Of a stretch of DNA of 64,000 bases, positions 1 through 12,300 are shown in pieces. Origin of the DNA: Eledone cirrhosa (taxonomy: Eukaryota); the NCBI GenBank assembly GCA_964016885.1, contig OZ024741.1, positions 211,110,001-211,174,000 on the forward strand. The letters run 5' to 3'. How positions within the stretch are numbered: the first letter of the stretch is position 1; every line of letters starts with the position of its first letter. A program made the position numbers and the translations under genes. Below the pieces are notes generated by a model. It was not told the origin of the DNA. It did no database searches and saw only the letters and a program-made list of their open reading frames with translations.

Positions 1-3000
1 CTCAGCCACAGTCCACTGTCTCAGCCACAGTCCACTGTCTCAGTCTCAGTCCACTGTCTCAGCCTCAGTCCACTGTCTTAGCCTCAGTCCACCTATCTCA
101 GTCTCAGTCCACTGTCTCAGCCACAGTCCACTGTCTCTATCTCGGTCCACCTATCTCAGCCACAGTCCACTGTCTCAGCCACAGTCCACTGTCTCAGCCA
201 CAGTCCACTGTCTCAGCTACAGTCCACTGTCTCAGCCACAGTCCACTGTCTCAGCCTCAGTCCACTGTCTCAGCCACAGTCCACTTATCTCAGCCTCAGT
301 CCACTGTCTCAGTCTCAGTCCACCTATCTCAGCGACAGTCCACTTATCTCAGCCACAGTCCACTGTCTCAGCCTCAGTCCACTGTCTCAGCCACAGTCCA
401 CTTATCTCAGTCTCAGTCCACTGTCTCAGCCACAGTCCACTGTCTCATCCTCAGTCCACCTATCTCAGCCACAGTCCACAGTCTCAGCCTCAGTCCACCT
501 ACCTCAGCCTCAGTCCACCTATCTCAGCCACAGTCCACGTATCTCAGCCACAGTCCACTGTCTCAGCCACAGTCCACTGTCTCAGCCACAGTCCACTGTC
601 TCAGCCTCAGTCCACTGTCTCAGCCACAGTCCACCTATCTCAGCCACAGTCCACTGTCTCAGCCTCAGTCCACTGTCTCAGCCACAGTCCACATATCTCA
701 GCCACAGTCCACTGTCTCAGCCACAGTCCACCGTCTCAGCCACAGTCCACTGTCTCAGCCTCAGTCCACTGTCTCAGTCTCAGTCCACCTATCTCAGCCA
801 CACTCCACTGTCTCAGCCTCAGTCCACCTATCTCAGCCACAGTCCACTGTCTCAGCCACAGTCCACTGTCTCAGCCACAGTCCACTGTCTCAGCCTCAGT
901 CCACTGTCTCAGTCTCAGTCCACCTATCTCAGCCACAGTCCACTGTCTCAGCCACAGTCCACTGTCTCAGCATCAGTCCACCTATCTCAGCCTCAGTCCA
1001 CTGTCTCAGTCTCAGTCCACCTATCTCAGCCACAGTCCACCTATCTCAGCCACAGTCCACTGTCTCAGCCGCAGTCCACTGTCTCAGCCACAGTCCACTG
1101 TCTCAGCATCAGTCCACCTATCTCAGCCTCAGTCCACTGTCTCAGTCTCAGTCCACCTATCTCAGCCACAGTCCACCTATCTCAGCCACAGTCCACTGTC
1201 TCAGCCACAATCCACCTATCTCAGTCTCAGTCCACTGTCTCAGCCACAGTCCACTGTCTCAGTCTTAGTCCACCTATCTCAGCCACAGTCCGCTGTCTCA
1301 GCCTCAGTCCACTGTCTCAGCCACAGTCCACTGTCTCAGCATCAGTCCACCTACCTCAGCCTCAGTCCACTGTCTCAGTCTCAGTCCACCTATCTCAGCC
1401 ACAGTCCACTGTCTCAGCCTCAGTCCACTGTCTCAGCCACAGTCCACTGTCTCAGCATCAGTCCACCTACCTCAGCCTCAGTCCACTGTCTCAGCCACAG
1501 TCCACTTATCTCAGCCAGAGTCCACTGTCTCAGCCACAGTCCACTGTCTCAGTCTCAGTCCACCTATCTCAGTCTCAGTCCACCTATCTCAGTCTCAGTC
1601 CACTGTCTCAGCCACAGTCCACTGTCTCAGCCTCAGTCCACCTATCTCAGCCTCAGTCCACTGTCTCAGCCACAGTCCACTTATCTCAGCCTCAGTCCAC
1701 TGTCTCAGTCTCAGTCCACCTACCTCAGACACAGTCCACCGTCTCAGCCACAGTCCACTGTCTCAGCCTCAGTCCACCTATCTCAGCCTCAGTCCACCTA
1801 TCTCAGCCTCAGTCCACCGTCTCAGCCACAGTCCACTGTCTCAGCCTCAGTCCACCTATCTCAGTCTCAGTCCACTGTCTCAGCCACAGTCCACTGTCTC
1901 AGTCTCAGTCCACTGTCTCAGCCTCAGTCCACTGTCTCAGTCTCAGTCCACCTATCTCAGCCACAGTCCACTGTCTCAGCCTCAGTCCACCTACCTCAGC
2001 CTCAGTCCACTGTCTCAGCCACAGTCCACTTATCTCAGCCAGAGTCCACTGTCTCAGCCACAGTCCACTGTCTCAGTCTCAGTCCACCTATCTCAGTCTC
2101 AGTCCACCTATCTCAGTCTCAGTCCACTGTCTCAGCCACAGTCCACTGTCTCAGCATCAGTCCACCTATCTCAGCCTCAGTCCACTGTCTCAGTCTCAGT
2201 CCACCTATCTCAGCCACAGTCCACCTATCTCAGCCACAGTCCACTGTCTCAGCCGCAGTCCACTGTCTCAGCCACAGTCCACTGTCTCAGCATCAGTCCA
2301 CCTATCTCAGCCTCAGTCCACTGTCTCAGTCTCAGTCCACCTATCTCAGCCACAGTCCACCTATCTCAGCCACAGTCCACTGTCTCAGCCACAATCCACC
2401 TATCTCAGTCTCAGTCCACTGTCTCAGCCACAGTCCACTGTCTCAGTCTCAGTCCACCTATCTCAGCCACAGTCCACTGTCTCAGCCTCAGTCCACTGTC
2501 TCAGCCACAGTCCACTGTCTCAGCATCAGTCCACCTACCTCAGCCTCAGTCCACTGTCTCAGTCTCAGTCCACCTATCTCAGCCACAGTCCACCTATCTC
2601 AGCCACAGTCCACTGTCTCAGCCACAGTCCACTGTCTCAGCCTCAGTTCACCTATCTCAGTCTCAGTCCACTGTCTCAGCCACAGTCCACTTATCTCAGC
2701 CAGAGTCCACTGTCTCAGCCACAGTCCACTGTCTCAGTCTCAGTCCACCTATCTCAGTCTCAGTCCACCTATCTCAGTCTCAGTCCACTGTCTCAGCCAC
2801 AGTCCACTGTCTCAGCCTCAGTCCACCTATCTCAGCCTCAGTCCACTGTCTCAGCCACAGTCCACTTATCTCAGCCTCAGTCCACTGTCTCAGTCTCAGT
2901 CCACCTACCTCAGACACAGTCCACCGTCTCAGCCACAGTCCACTGTCTCAGCCACAGTCCACTGTCTCAGTCTCAGTCCACTGTCTCAGCCTCAGTCCAC

Positions 3001-5530
3001 TGTCTTAGCCTCAGTCCACCTATCTCAGTCTCAGTCCACTGTCTCAGCCACAGTCCACTGTCTCTATCTCGGTCCACCTATCTCAGCCACAGTCCACTGT
3101 CTCAGCCACAGTCCACTGTCTCAGCCACAGTCCACTGTCTCAGCTACAGTCCACTGTCTCAGCCACAGTCCACTTATCTCAGCCTCAGTCCACTGTCTCA
3201 GTCTCAGTCCACCTATCTCAGCGACAGTCCACTTATCTCAGCCACAGTCCACTGTCTCAGCCTCAGTCCACTGTCTCAGCCACAGTCCACTTATCTCAGT
3301 CTCAGTCCACTGTCTCAGCCACAGTCCACTGTCTCATCCTCAGTCCACCTATCTCAGCCACAGTCCACAGTCTCAGCCTCAGTCCACCTACCTCAGCCTC
3401 AGTCCACCTATCTCAGCCACAGTCCACGTATCTCAGCCACAGTCCACTGTCTCAGCCACAGTCCACTGTCTCAGCCACAGTCCACTGTCTCAGCCTCAGT
3501 CCACTGTCTCAGCCACAGATACCTATCTCAGCCACAGTCCACTGTCTCAGCCTCAGTCCACTGTCTCAGCCACAGTCCACATATCTCAGCCACAGTCCAC
3601 TGTCTCAGCCACAGTCCACCGTCTCAGCCACAGTCCACTGTCTCAGCCTCAGTCCACTGTCTCAGTCTCAGTCCACCTATCTCAGCCACACTCCACTGTC
3701 TCAGCCTCAGTCCACCTATCTCAGCCACAGTCCACTGTCTCAGCCACAGTCCACTGTCTCAGCCACAGTCCACTGTCTCAGCCTCAGTCCACTGTCTCAG
3801 TCTCAGTCCACCTATCTCAGCCACAGTCCACTGTCTCAGCCACAGTCCACTGTCTCAGCATCAGTCCACCTATCTCAGCCTCAGTCCACTGTCTCAGTCT
3901 CAGTCCACCTATCTCAGCCACAGTCCACCTATCTCAGCCACAGTCCACTGTCTCAGCCGCAGTCCACTGTCTCAGCCACAGTCCACTGTCTCAGCATCAG
4001 TCCACCTATCTCAGCCTCAGTCCACTGTCTCAGTCTCAGTCCACCTATCTCAGCCACAGTCCACCTATCTCAGCCACAGTCCACTGTCTCAGCCACAATC
4101 CACCTATCTCAGTCTCAGTCCACTGTCTCAGCCACAGTCCACTGTCTCAGTCTCAGTCCACCTATCTCAGCCACAGTCCGCTGTCTCAGCCTCAGTCCAC
4201 TGTCTCAGCCACAGTCCACTGTCTCAGCATCAGTCCACCTACCTCAGCCTCAGTCCACTGTCTCAGTCTCAGTCCACCTATCTCAGCCACAGTCCACTGT
4301 CTCAGCCTCAGTCCACTGTCTCAGCCACAGTCCACTGTCTCAGCATCAGTCCACCTACCTCAGCCTCAGTCCACTGTCTCAGCCACAGTCCACTTATCTC
4401 AGCCAGAGTCCACTGTCTCAGCCACAGTCCACTGTCTCAGTCTCAGTCCACCTATCTCAGTCTCAGTCCACCTATCTCAGTCTCAGTCCACTGTCTCAGC
4501 CACAGTCCACTGTCTCAGCCTCAGTCCACCTATCTCAGCCTCAGTCCACTGTCTCAGCCACAGTCCACTTATCTCAGCCTCAGTCCACTGTCTCAGTCTC
4601 AGTCCACCTACCTCAGACACAGTCCACCGTCTCAGCCACAGTCCACTGTCTCAGCCTCAGTCCACCTATCTCAGCCTCAGTCCACCTATCTCAGCCTCAG
4701 TCCACCGTCTCAGCCACAGTCCACTGTCTCAGCCTCAGTCCACCTATCTCAGTCTCAGTCCACTGTCTCAGCCACAGTCCACTGTCTCAGTCTCAGTCCA
4801 CTGTCTCAGCCTCAGTCCACTGTCTCAGTCTCAGTCCACCTATCTCAGCCACAGTCCACTGTCTCAGCCTCAGTCCACCTACCTCAGCCTCAGTCCACTG
4901 TCTCAGCCACAGTCCACTTATCTCAGCCAGAGTCCACTGTCTCAGCCACAGTCCACTGTCTCAGTCTCAGTCCACCTATCTCAGTCTCAGTCCACCTATC
5001 TCAGTCTCAGTCCACTGTCTCAGCCACAGTCCACTGTCTCAGCATCAGTCCACCTATCTCAGCCTCAGTCCACTGTCTCAGTCTCAGTCCACCTATCTCA
5101 GCCACAGTCCACCTATCTCAGCCACAGTCCACTGTCTCAGCCGCAGTCCACTGTCTCAGCCACAGTCCACTGTCTCAGCATCAGTCCACCTATCTCAGCC
5201 TCAGTCCACTGTCTCAGTCTCAGTCCACCTATCTCAGCCACAGTCCACCTATCTCAGCCACAGTCCACTGTCTCAGCCACAATCCACCTATCTCAGTCTC
5301 AGTCCACTGTCTCAGCCACAGTCCACTGTCTCAGTCTCAGTCCACCTATCTCAGCCACAGTCCACTGTCTCAGCCTCAGTCCACTGTCTCAGCCACAGTC
5401 CACTGTCTCAGCATCAGTCCACCTACCTCAGCCTCAGTCCACTGTCTCAGTCTCAGTCCACCTATCTCAGCCACAGTCCACCTATCTCAGCCACAGTCCA
5501 CTGTCTCAGCCACAGTCCACTGTCTCAGCC
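1..5530. repeat. Two tandem copies of a ~2.9-kb higher-order block (second copy incomplete); the pair recurs near 9.3-14.8 kb and 16.6-22.1 kb
   Basis: The rare marker CTCTATCTCGG lies at 135/3062, 9443/12370 and 16702/19629, a spacing of 2927 each time. The same ordered markers follow each copy (CAGCTAC, CAGCGAC, CATCCTC, CACGTAT, CACATAT, CACACTCC, GCATCAG, CAGACAC). Confidence 0.9.
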
Positions 5531-8500
5531 TCAGTCCACCTATCTCAGCCACAGTCCACCTATCTCAGCCACAGTCCACTGTCTCAGCCACAGTCCATTG
5601 TCTCAGCCTCAGTCCACCGTCTCAGCCTCAGTACACCTATCTCAGCCACAGTCCACTGTCTCAGCCACAATCCACCTATCTCAGCCAGAGTCCACCGTCT
5701 CAGCCACAGTCCACTGTCTCAGCCACAGTCCACTGTCTCAGTCTCAGTCCACTGTCTCAGCCTCAGTCCACTGTCTTAGCCTCAGTCCACCTATCTCAGT
5801 CTCAGTCCACTGTCTCAGCCACAGTCCACTGTCTCTATCTCGGTCCACCTATCTCAGCCACAGTCCACTGTCTCAGCCACAGTCCACTGTCTCAGCCACA
5901 GTCCACTGTCTCAGCTACAGTCCACTGTCTCAGCCACAGTCCACTGTCTCAGCCTCAGTCCACTGTCTCAGCCACAGTCCACTTATCTCAGCCTCAGTCC
6001 ACTGTCTCAGTCTCAGTCCACCTATCTCAGCGACAGTCCACTTATCTCAGCCACAGTCCACTGTCTCAGCCTCAGTCCACTGTCTCAGCCACAGTCCACT
6101 TATCTCAGTCTCAGTCCACTGTCTCAGCCACAGTCCACTGTCTCATCCTCAGTCCACCTATCTCAGCCACAGTCCACAGTCTCAGCCTCAGTCCACCTAC
6201 CTCAGCCTCAGTCCACCTATCTCAGCCACAGTCCACGTATCTCAGCCACAGTCCACTGTCTCAGCCACAGTCCACTGTCTCAGCCACAGTCCACTGTCTC
6301 AGCCTCAGTCCACTGTCTCAGCCACAGTCCACCTATCTCAGCCACAGTCCACTGTCTCAGCCTCAGTCCACTGTCTCAGCCACAGTCCACCTATCTCAGC
6401 CACAGTCCACTGTCTCAGCCACAGTCCACCGTCTCAGCCACAGTCCACTGTCTCAGCCTCAGTCCACTGTCTCAGTCTCAGTCCACCTATCTCAGCCACA
6501 GTCCACTGTCTCAGCCTCAGTCCACCTATCTCAGCCACAGTCCACTGTCTCAGCCACAGTCCACTGTCTCAGCCACAGTCCACTGTCTCAGCCTCAGTCC
6601 ACTGTCTCAGTCTCAGTCCACCTATCTCAGCCACAGTCCACTGTCTCAGCCACAGTCCACTGTCTCAGCATCAGTCCACCTATCTCAGCCTCAGTCCACT
6701 GTCTCAGTCTCAGTCCACCTATCTCAGCCACAGTCCACCTATCTCAGCCACAGTCCACTGTCTCAGCCGCAGTCCACTGTCTCAGCCACAGTCCACTGTC
6801 TCAGCATCAGTCCACCTATCTCAGCCTCAGTCCACTGTCTCAGTCTCAGTCCACCTATCTCAGCCACAGTCCACCTATCTCAGCCACAGTCCACTGTCTC
6901 AGCCACAATCCACCTATCTCAGTCTCAGTCCACTGTCTCAGCCACAGTCCACTGTCTCAGTCTCAGTCCACCTATCTCAGCCACAGTCCGCTGTCTCAGC
7001 CTCAGTCCACTGTCTCAGCCACAGTCCACTGTCTCAGCATCAGTCCACCTACCTCAGCCTCAGTCCACTGTCTCAGTCTCAGTCCACCTATCTCAGCCAC
7101 AGTCCACTGTCTCAGCCTCAGTCCACTGTCTCAGCCACAGTCCACTGTCTCAGCATCAGTCCACCTACCTCAGCCTCAGTCCACTGTCTCAGCCACAGTC
7201 CACTTATCTCAGCCAGAGTCCACTGTCTCAGCCACAGTCCACTGTCTCAGTCTCAGTCCACCTATCTCAGTCTCAGTCCACCTATCTCAGTCTCAGTCCA
7301 CTGTCTCAGCCACAGTCCACTGTCTCAGCCTCAGTCCACCTATCTCAGCCTCAGTCCACTGTCTCAGCCACAGTCCACTTATCTCAGCCTCAGTCCACTG
7401 TCTCAGTCTCAGTCCACCTACCTCAGACACAGTCCACCGTCTCAGCCACAGTCCACTGTCTCAGCCTCAGTCCACCTATCTCAGCCTCAGTCCACCTATC
7501 TCAGCCTCAGTCCACCGTCTCAGCCACAGTCCACTGTCTCAGCCTCAGTCCACCTATCTCAGTCTCAGTCCACTGTCTCAGCCACAGTCCACTGTCTCAG
7601 TCTCAGTCCACTGTCTCAGCCTCAGTCCACTGTCTCAGTCTCAGTCCACCTATCTCAGCCACAGTCCACTGTCTCAGCCTCAGTCCACCTATCTCAGCCA
7701 CAGTCCACTGTCTCAGCCACAGTCCACTGTCTCAGCCACAGTCCACTGTCTCAGCCTCAGTCCACTGTCTCAGTCTTAGTCCACTGTCTCAGCCACAGTC
7801 CACCTATCTCAGCCACAGTCCACCTATCTCAGCCACAGACCACTTATCTCAGTCTCAGTCCACCTATCTCAGTCTCAGTCCACTGTCTCAGCCTCAGTCC
7901 ACCTATCTCAGTCACAGTCCACCTATCTCAGTCTCAGTCCACTGTCTCAGCCACAGACCACTTATCTCAGTCTCAGTCCACCTATCTCAGTCTCAGTCCA
8001 CCTATCTCAGCCTCAGTCCACCTATCTCAGCCACAGTCCACCTATCTCAGCCACAGTCCACTGTCTCATCCTCAGTCAACCTATCTCAGCCACAGTCCAC
8101 AGTCTCAGCCTCAGTCCACCTATGTCAGCCACAGTCTCACTGCCTCAGCCTCAGTCGACTCTCTCAACCACAGTCCACTTATCTCAGTCTCAGTCCACTG
8201 TCTCAGCCACAGTCCACTGTCTCAGCCTCAGTCCACTGTCTCAGCCTCAGTCCACCTATCTCAGCCACAGTCCACCTATCTCAGCCACAGTCCACTGTCT
8301 CAGCCTCAGTCCACCTATCTCAGCCACAGTCCACCTATCTCAGTCTCAGTCCACCTACCTCAGCCTCAGTCCACCTATCTCAGCCACAGTCCACGTATCT
8401 CAGCCACAGTCCACTATCTCAGCCTCAGTCCACTGTATCAGTCTCAGTCCGCAGTCTCAGCCACAGTCCACTGTCTCAGCCACAGTCCACCTATCTCAGC

Positions 8501-8929
8501 CACAGTCCACTGTCTCAGCCTCAGTCCACCTATCTCAGCCACAGTCCACCTATCTCAGCCACAGTCCACTGTCTCAGCCTCAGTCCACCTATCTCAGCCA
8601 CAGTCCACCTATCTCAGCCACAGTCCACTGTCTCAGCCACAGTCCATTGTCTCAGCCTCAGTCCGCTGTCTCAGCCTCAGTACACCTATATGAGCCACAG
8701 TCCACTGTCTCAGCCTCAGTCCACCTATCTCAGCCACAGTCCACCTATCTCAGCCACAGTCCACTGTCTCAGCCACAGTCCACTGTCTCAGCCTCAGTCC
8801 ACTGTCTCAGCCTCAGTCCACCTATCTCAGCCACAGTCCACTGTCTCAGCCACAGTCCACTGTCTCAGCCTCAGTTCACCGTCTCAGCCACAGTCCACTG
8901 TCTCAGCTACAGTCCACTGTCTGAGCCAC

Positions 8930-9270
8930 AGTCCATTGTCTCAGCCTCAGTCCACTGTCTCAGCCTCAGTACACCTATCTCAGCCACAGTCCACTGTCTC
9001 AGCCTCAGTCCACCTATCTCAGCCACAGTCCACCTATCTCAGCCACAGTCCACTGTCTCAGCCACAGTCCATTGTCTCAGCCTCAGTCCCCTGTCTCATC
9101 CTCAGTACACCTATCTAAGCCACAGTCCACTGTCTCAGCCTCAGTCCACCTATCTCAGCCACAGTCCACCTATCTCAGCCACAGTCCACTGTCTCAGCCA
9201 CAGTCCATTGTCTCAGCCTCAGTCCACCGTCTCAGCCTCAGTACACCTATCTCAGCCACAGTCCACTGTC
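8930..9270. repeat. 136-bp (7-monomer) sub-repeat, about three copies; recurs at ~24440, 28250, 35600, 42640 and 50030
   Basis: The CCATTG...CAGTACACC marker pair recurs at 136-bp spacing (TTG at 8936, 9072, 9208; ORF-track starts 42641, 42777, 42913 and 50028, 50164, 50300). 136 = 4x19 + 3x20. Confidence 0.85.
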
Positions 9271-9354
9271 TCAGCCACAATCCACCTATCTCAGCCAGAG
9301 TCCACCGTCTCAGCCACAGTCCACTGTCTCAGCCACAGTCCACTGTCTCAGTCT

Positions 9355-12300
9355 CAGTCCACTGTCTCAGCCTCAGTCCACTGTCTTAGCCTCAGTCCAC
9401 CTATCTCAGTCTCAGTCCACTGTCTCAGCCACAGTCCACTGTCTCTATCTCGGTCCACCTATCTCAGCCACAGTCCACTGTCTCAGCCACAGTCCACTGT
9501 CTCAGCCACAGTCCACTGTCTCAGCTACAGTCCACTGTCTCAGCCACAGTCCACTGTCTCAGCCTCAGTCCACTGTCTCAGCCACAGTCCACTTATCTCA
9601 GCCTCAGTCCACTGTCTCAGTCTCAGTCCACCTATCTCAGCGACAGTCCACTTATCTCAGCCACAGTCCACTGTCTCAGCCTCAGTCCACTGTCTCAGCC
9701 ACAGTCCACTTATCTCAGTCTCAGTCCACTGTCTCAGCCACAGTCCACTGTCTCATCCTCAGTCCACCTATCTCAGCCACAGTCCACAGTCTCAGCCTCA
9801 GTCCACCTACCTCAGCCTCAGTCCACCTATCTCAGCCACAGTCCACGTATCTCAGCCACAGTCCACTGTCTCAGCCACAGTCCACTGTCTCAGCCACAGT
9901 CCACTGTCTCAGCCTCAGTCCACTGTCTCAGCCACAGTCCACCTATCTCAGCCACAGTCCACTGTCTCAGCCTCAGTCCACTGTCTCAGCCACAGTCCAC
10001 ATATCTCAGCCACAGTCCACTGTCTCAGCCACAGTCCACCGTCTCAGCCACAGTCCACTGTCTCAGCCTCAGTCCACTGTCTCAGTCTCAGTCCACCTAT
10101 CTCAGCCACACTCCACTGTCTCAGCCTCAGTCCACCTATCTCAGCCACAGTCCACTGTCTCAGCCACAGTCCACTGTCTCAGCCACAGTCCACTGTCTCA
10201 GCCTCAGTCCACTGTCTCAGTCTCAGTCCACCTATCTCAGCCACAGTCCACTGTCTCAGCCACAGTCCACTGTCTCAGCATCAGTCCACCTATCTCAGCC
10301 TCAGTCCACTGTCTCAGTCTCAGTCCACCTATCTCAGCCACAGTCCACCTATCTCAGCCACAGTCCACTGTCTCAGCCGCAGTCCACTGTCTCAGCCACA
10401 GTCCACTGTCTCAGCATCAGTCCACCTATCTCAGCCTCAGTCCACTGTCTCAGTCTCAGTCCACCTATCTCAGCCACAGTCCACCTATCTCAGCCACAGT
10501 CCACTGTCTCAGCCACAATCCACCTATCTCAGTCTCAGTCCACTGTCTCAGCCACAGTCCACTGTCTCAGTCTCAGTCCACCTATCTCAGCCACAGTCCG
10601 CTGTCTCAGCCTCAGTCCACTGTCTCAGCCACAGTCCACTGTCTCAGCATCAGTCCACCTACCTCAGCCTCAGTCCACTGTCTCAGTCTCAGTCCACCTA
10701 TCTCAGCCACAGTCCACTGTCTCAGCCTCAGTCCACTGTCTCAGCCACAGTCCACTGTCTCAGCATCAGTCCACCTACCTCAGCCTCAGTCCACTGTCTC
10801 AGCCACAGTCCACTTATCTCAGCCAGAGTCCACTGTCTCAGCCACAGTCCACTGTCTCAGTCTCAGTCCACCTATCTCAGTCTCAGTCCACCTATCTCAG
10901 TCTCAGTCCACTGTCTCAGCCACAGTCCACTGTCTCAGCCTCAGTCCACCTATCTCAGCCTCAGTCCACTGTCTCAGCCACAGTCCACTTATCTCAGCCT
11001 CAGTCCACTGTCTCAGTCTCAGTCCACCTACCTCAGACACAGTCCACCGTCTCAGCCACAGTCCACTGTCTCAGCCTCAGTCCACCTATCTCAGCCTCAG
11101 TCCACCTATCTCAGCCTCAGTCCACCGTCTCAGCCACAGTCCACTGTCTCAGCCTCAGTCCACCTATCTCAGTCTCAGTCCACTGTCTCAGCCACAGTCC
11201 ACTGTCTCAGTCTCAGTCCACTGTCTCAGCCTCAGTCCACTGTCTCAGTCTCAGTCCACCTATCTCAGCCACAGTCCACTGTCTCAGCCTCAGTCCACCT
11301 ACCTCAGCCTCAGTCCACTGTCTCAGCCACAGTCCACTTATCTCAGCCAGAGTCCACTGTCTCAGCCACAGTCCACTGTCTCAGTCTCAGTCCACCTATC
11401 TCAGTCTCAGTCCACCTATCTCAGTCTCAGTCCACTGTCTCAGCCACAGTCCACTGTCTCAGCATCAGTCCACCTATCTCAGCCTCAGTCCACTGTCTCA
11501 GTCTCAGTCCACCTATCTCAGCCACAGTCCACCTATCTCAGCCACAGTCCACTGTCTCAGCCGCAGTCCACTGTCTCAGCCACAGTCCACTGTCTCAGCA
11601 TCAGTCCACCTATCTCAGCCTCAGTCCACTGTCTCAGTCTCAGTCCACCTATCTCAGCCACAGTCCACCTATCTCAGCCACAGTCCACTGTCTCAGCCAC
11701 AATCCACCTATCTCAGTCTCAGTCCACTGTCTCAGCCACAGTCCACTGTCTCAGTCTCAGTCCACCTATCTCAGCCACAGTCCACTGTCTCAGCCTCAGT
11801 CCACTGTCTCAGCCACAGTCCACTGTCTCAGCATCAGTCCACCTACCTCAGCCTCAGTCCACTGTCTCAGTCTCAGTCCACCTATCTCAGCCACAGTCCA
11901 CCTATCTCAGCCACAGTCCACTGTCTCAGCCACAGTCCACTGTCTCAGCCTCAGTTCACCTATCTCAGTCTCAGTCCACTGTCTCAGCCACAGTCCACTT
12001 ATCTCAGCCAGAGTCCACTGTCTCAGCCACAGTCCACTGTCTCAGTCTCAGTCCACCTATCTCAGTCTCAGTCCACCTATCTCAGTCTCAGTCCACTGTA
12101 TCAGCCACAGTCCACTGTCTCAGCCTCAGTCCACCTATCTCAGCCTCAGTCCACTGTCTCAGCCACAGTCCACTTATCTCAGCCTCAGTCCACTGTCTCA
12201 GTCTCAGTCCACCTACCTCAGACACAGTCCACCGTCTCAGCCACAGTCCACTGTCTCAGCCACAGTCCACTGTCTCAGTCTCAGTCCACTGTCTCAGCCT

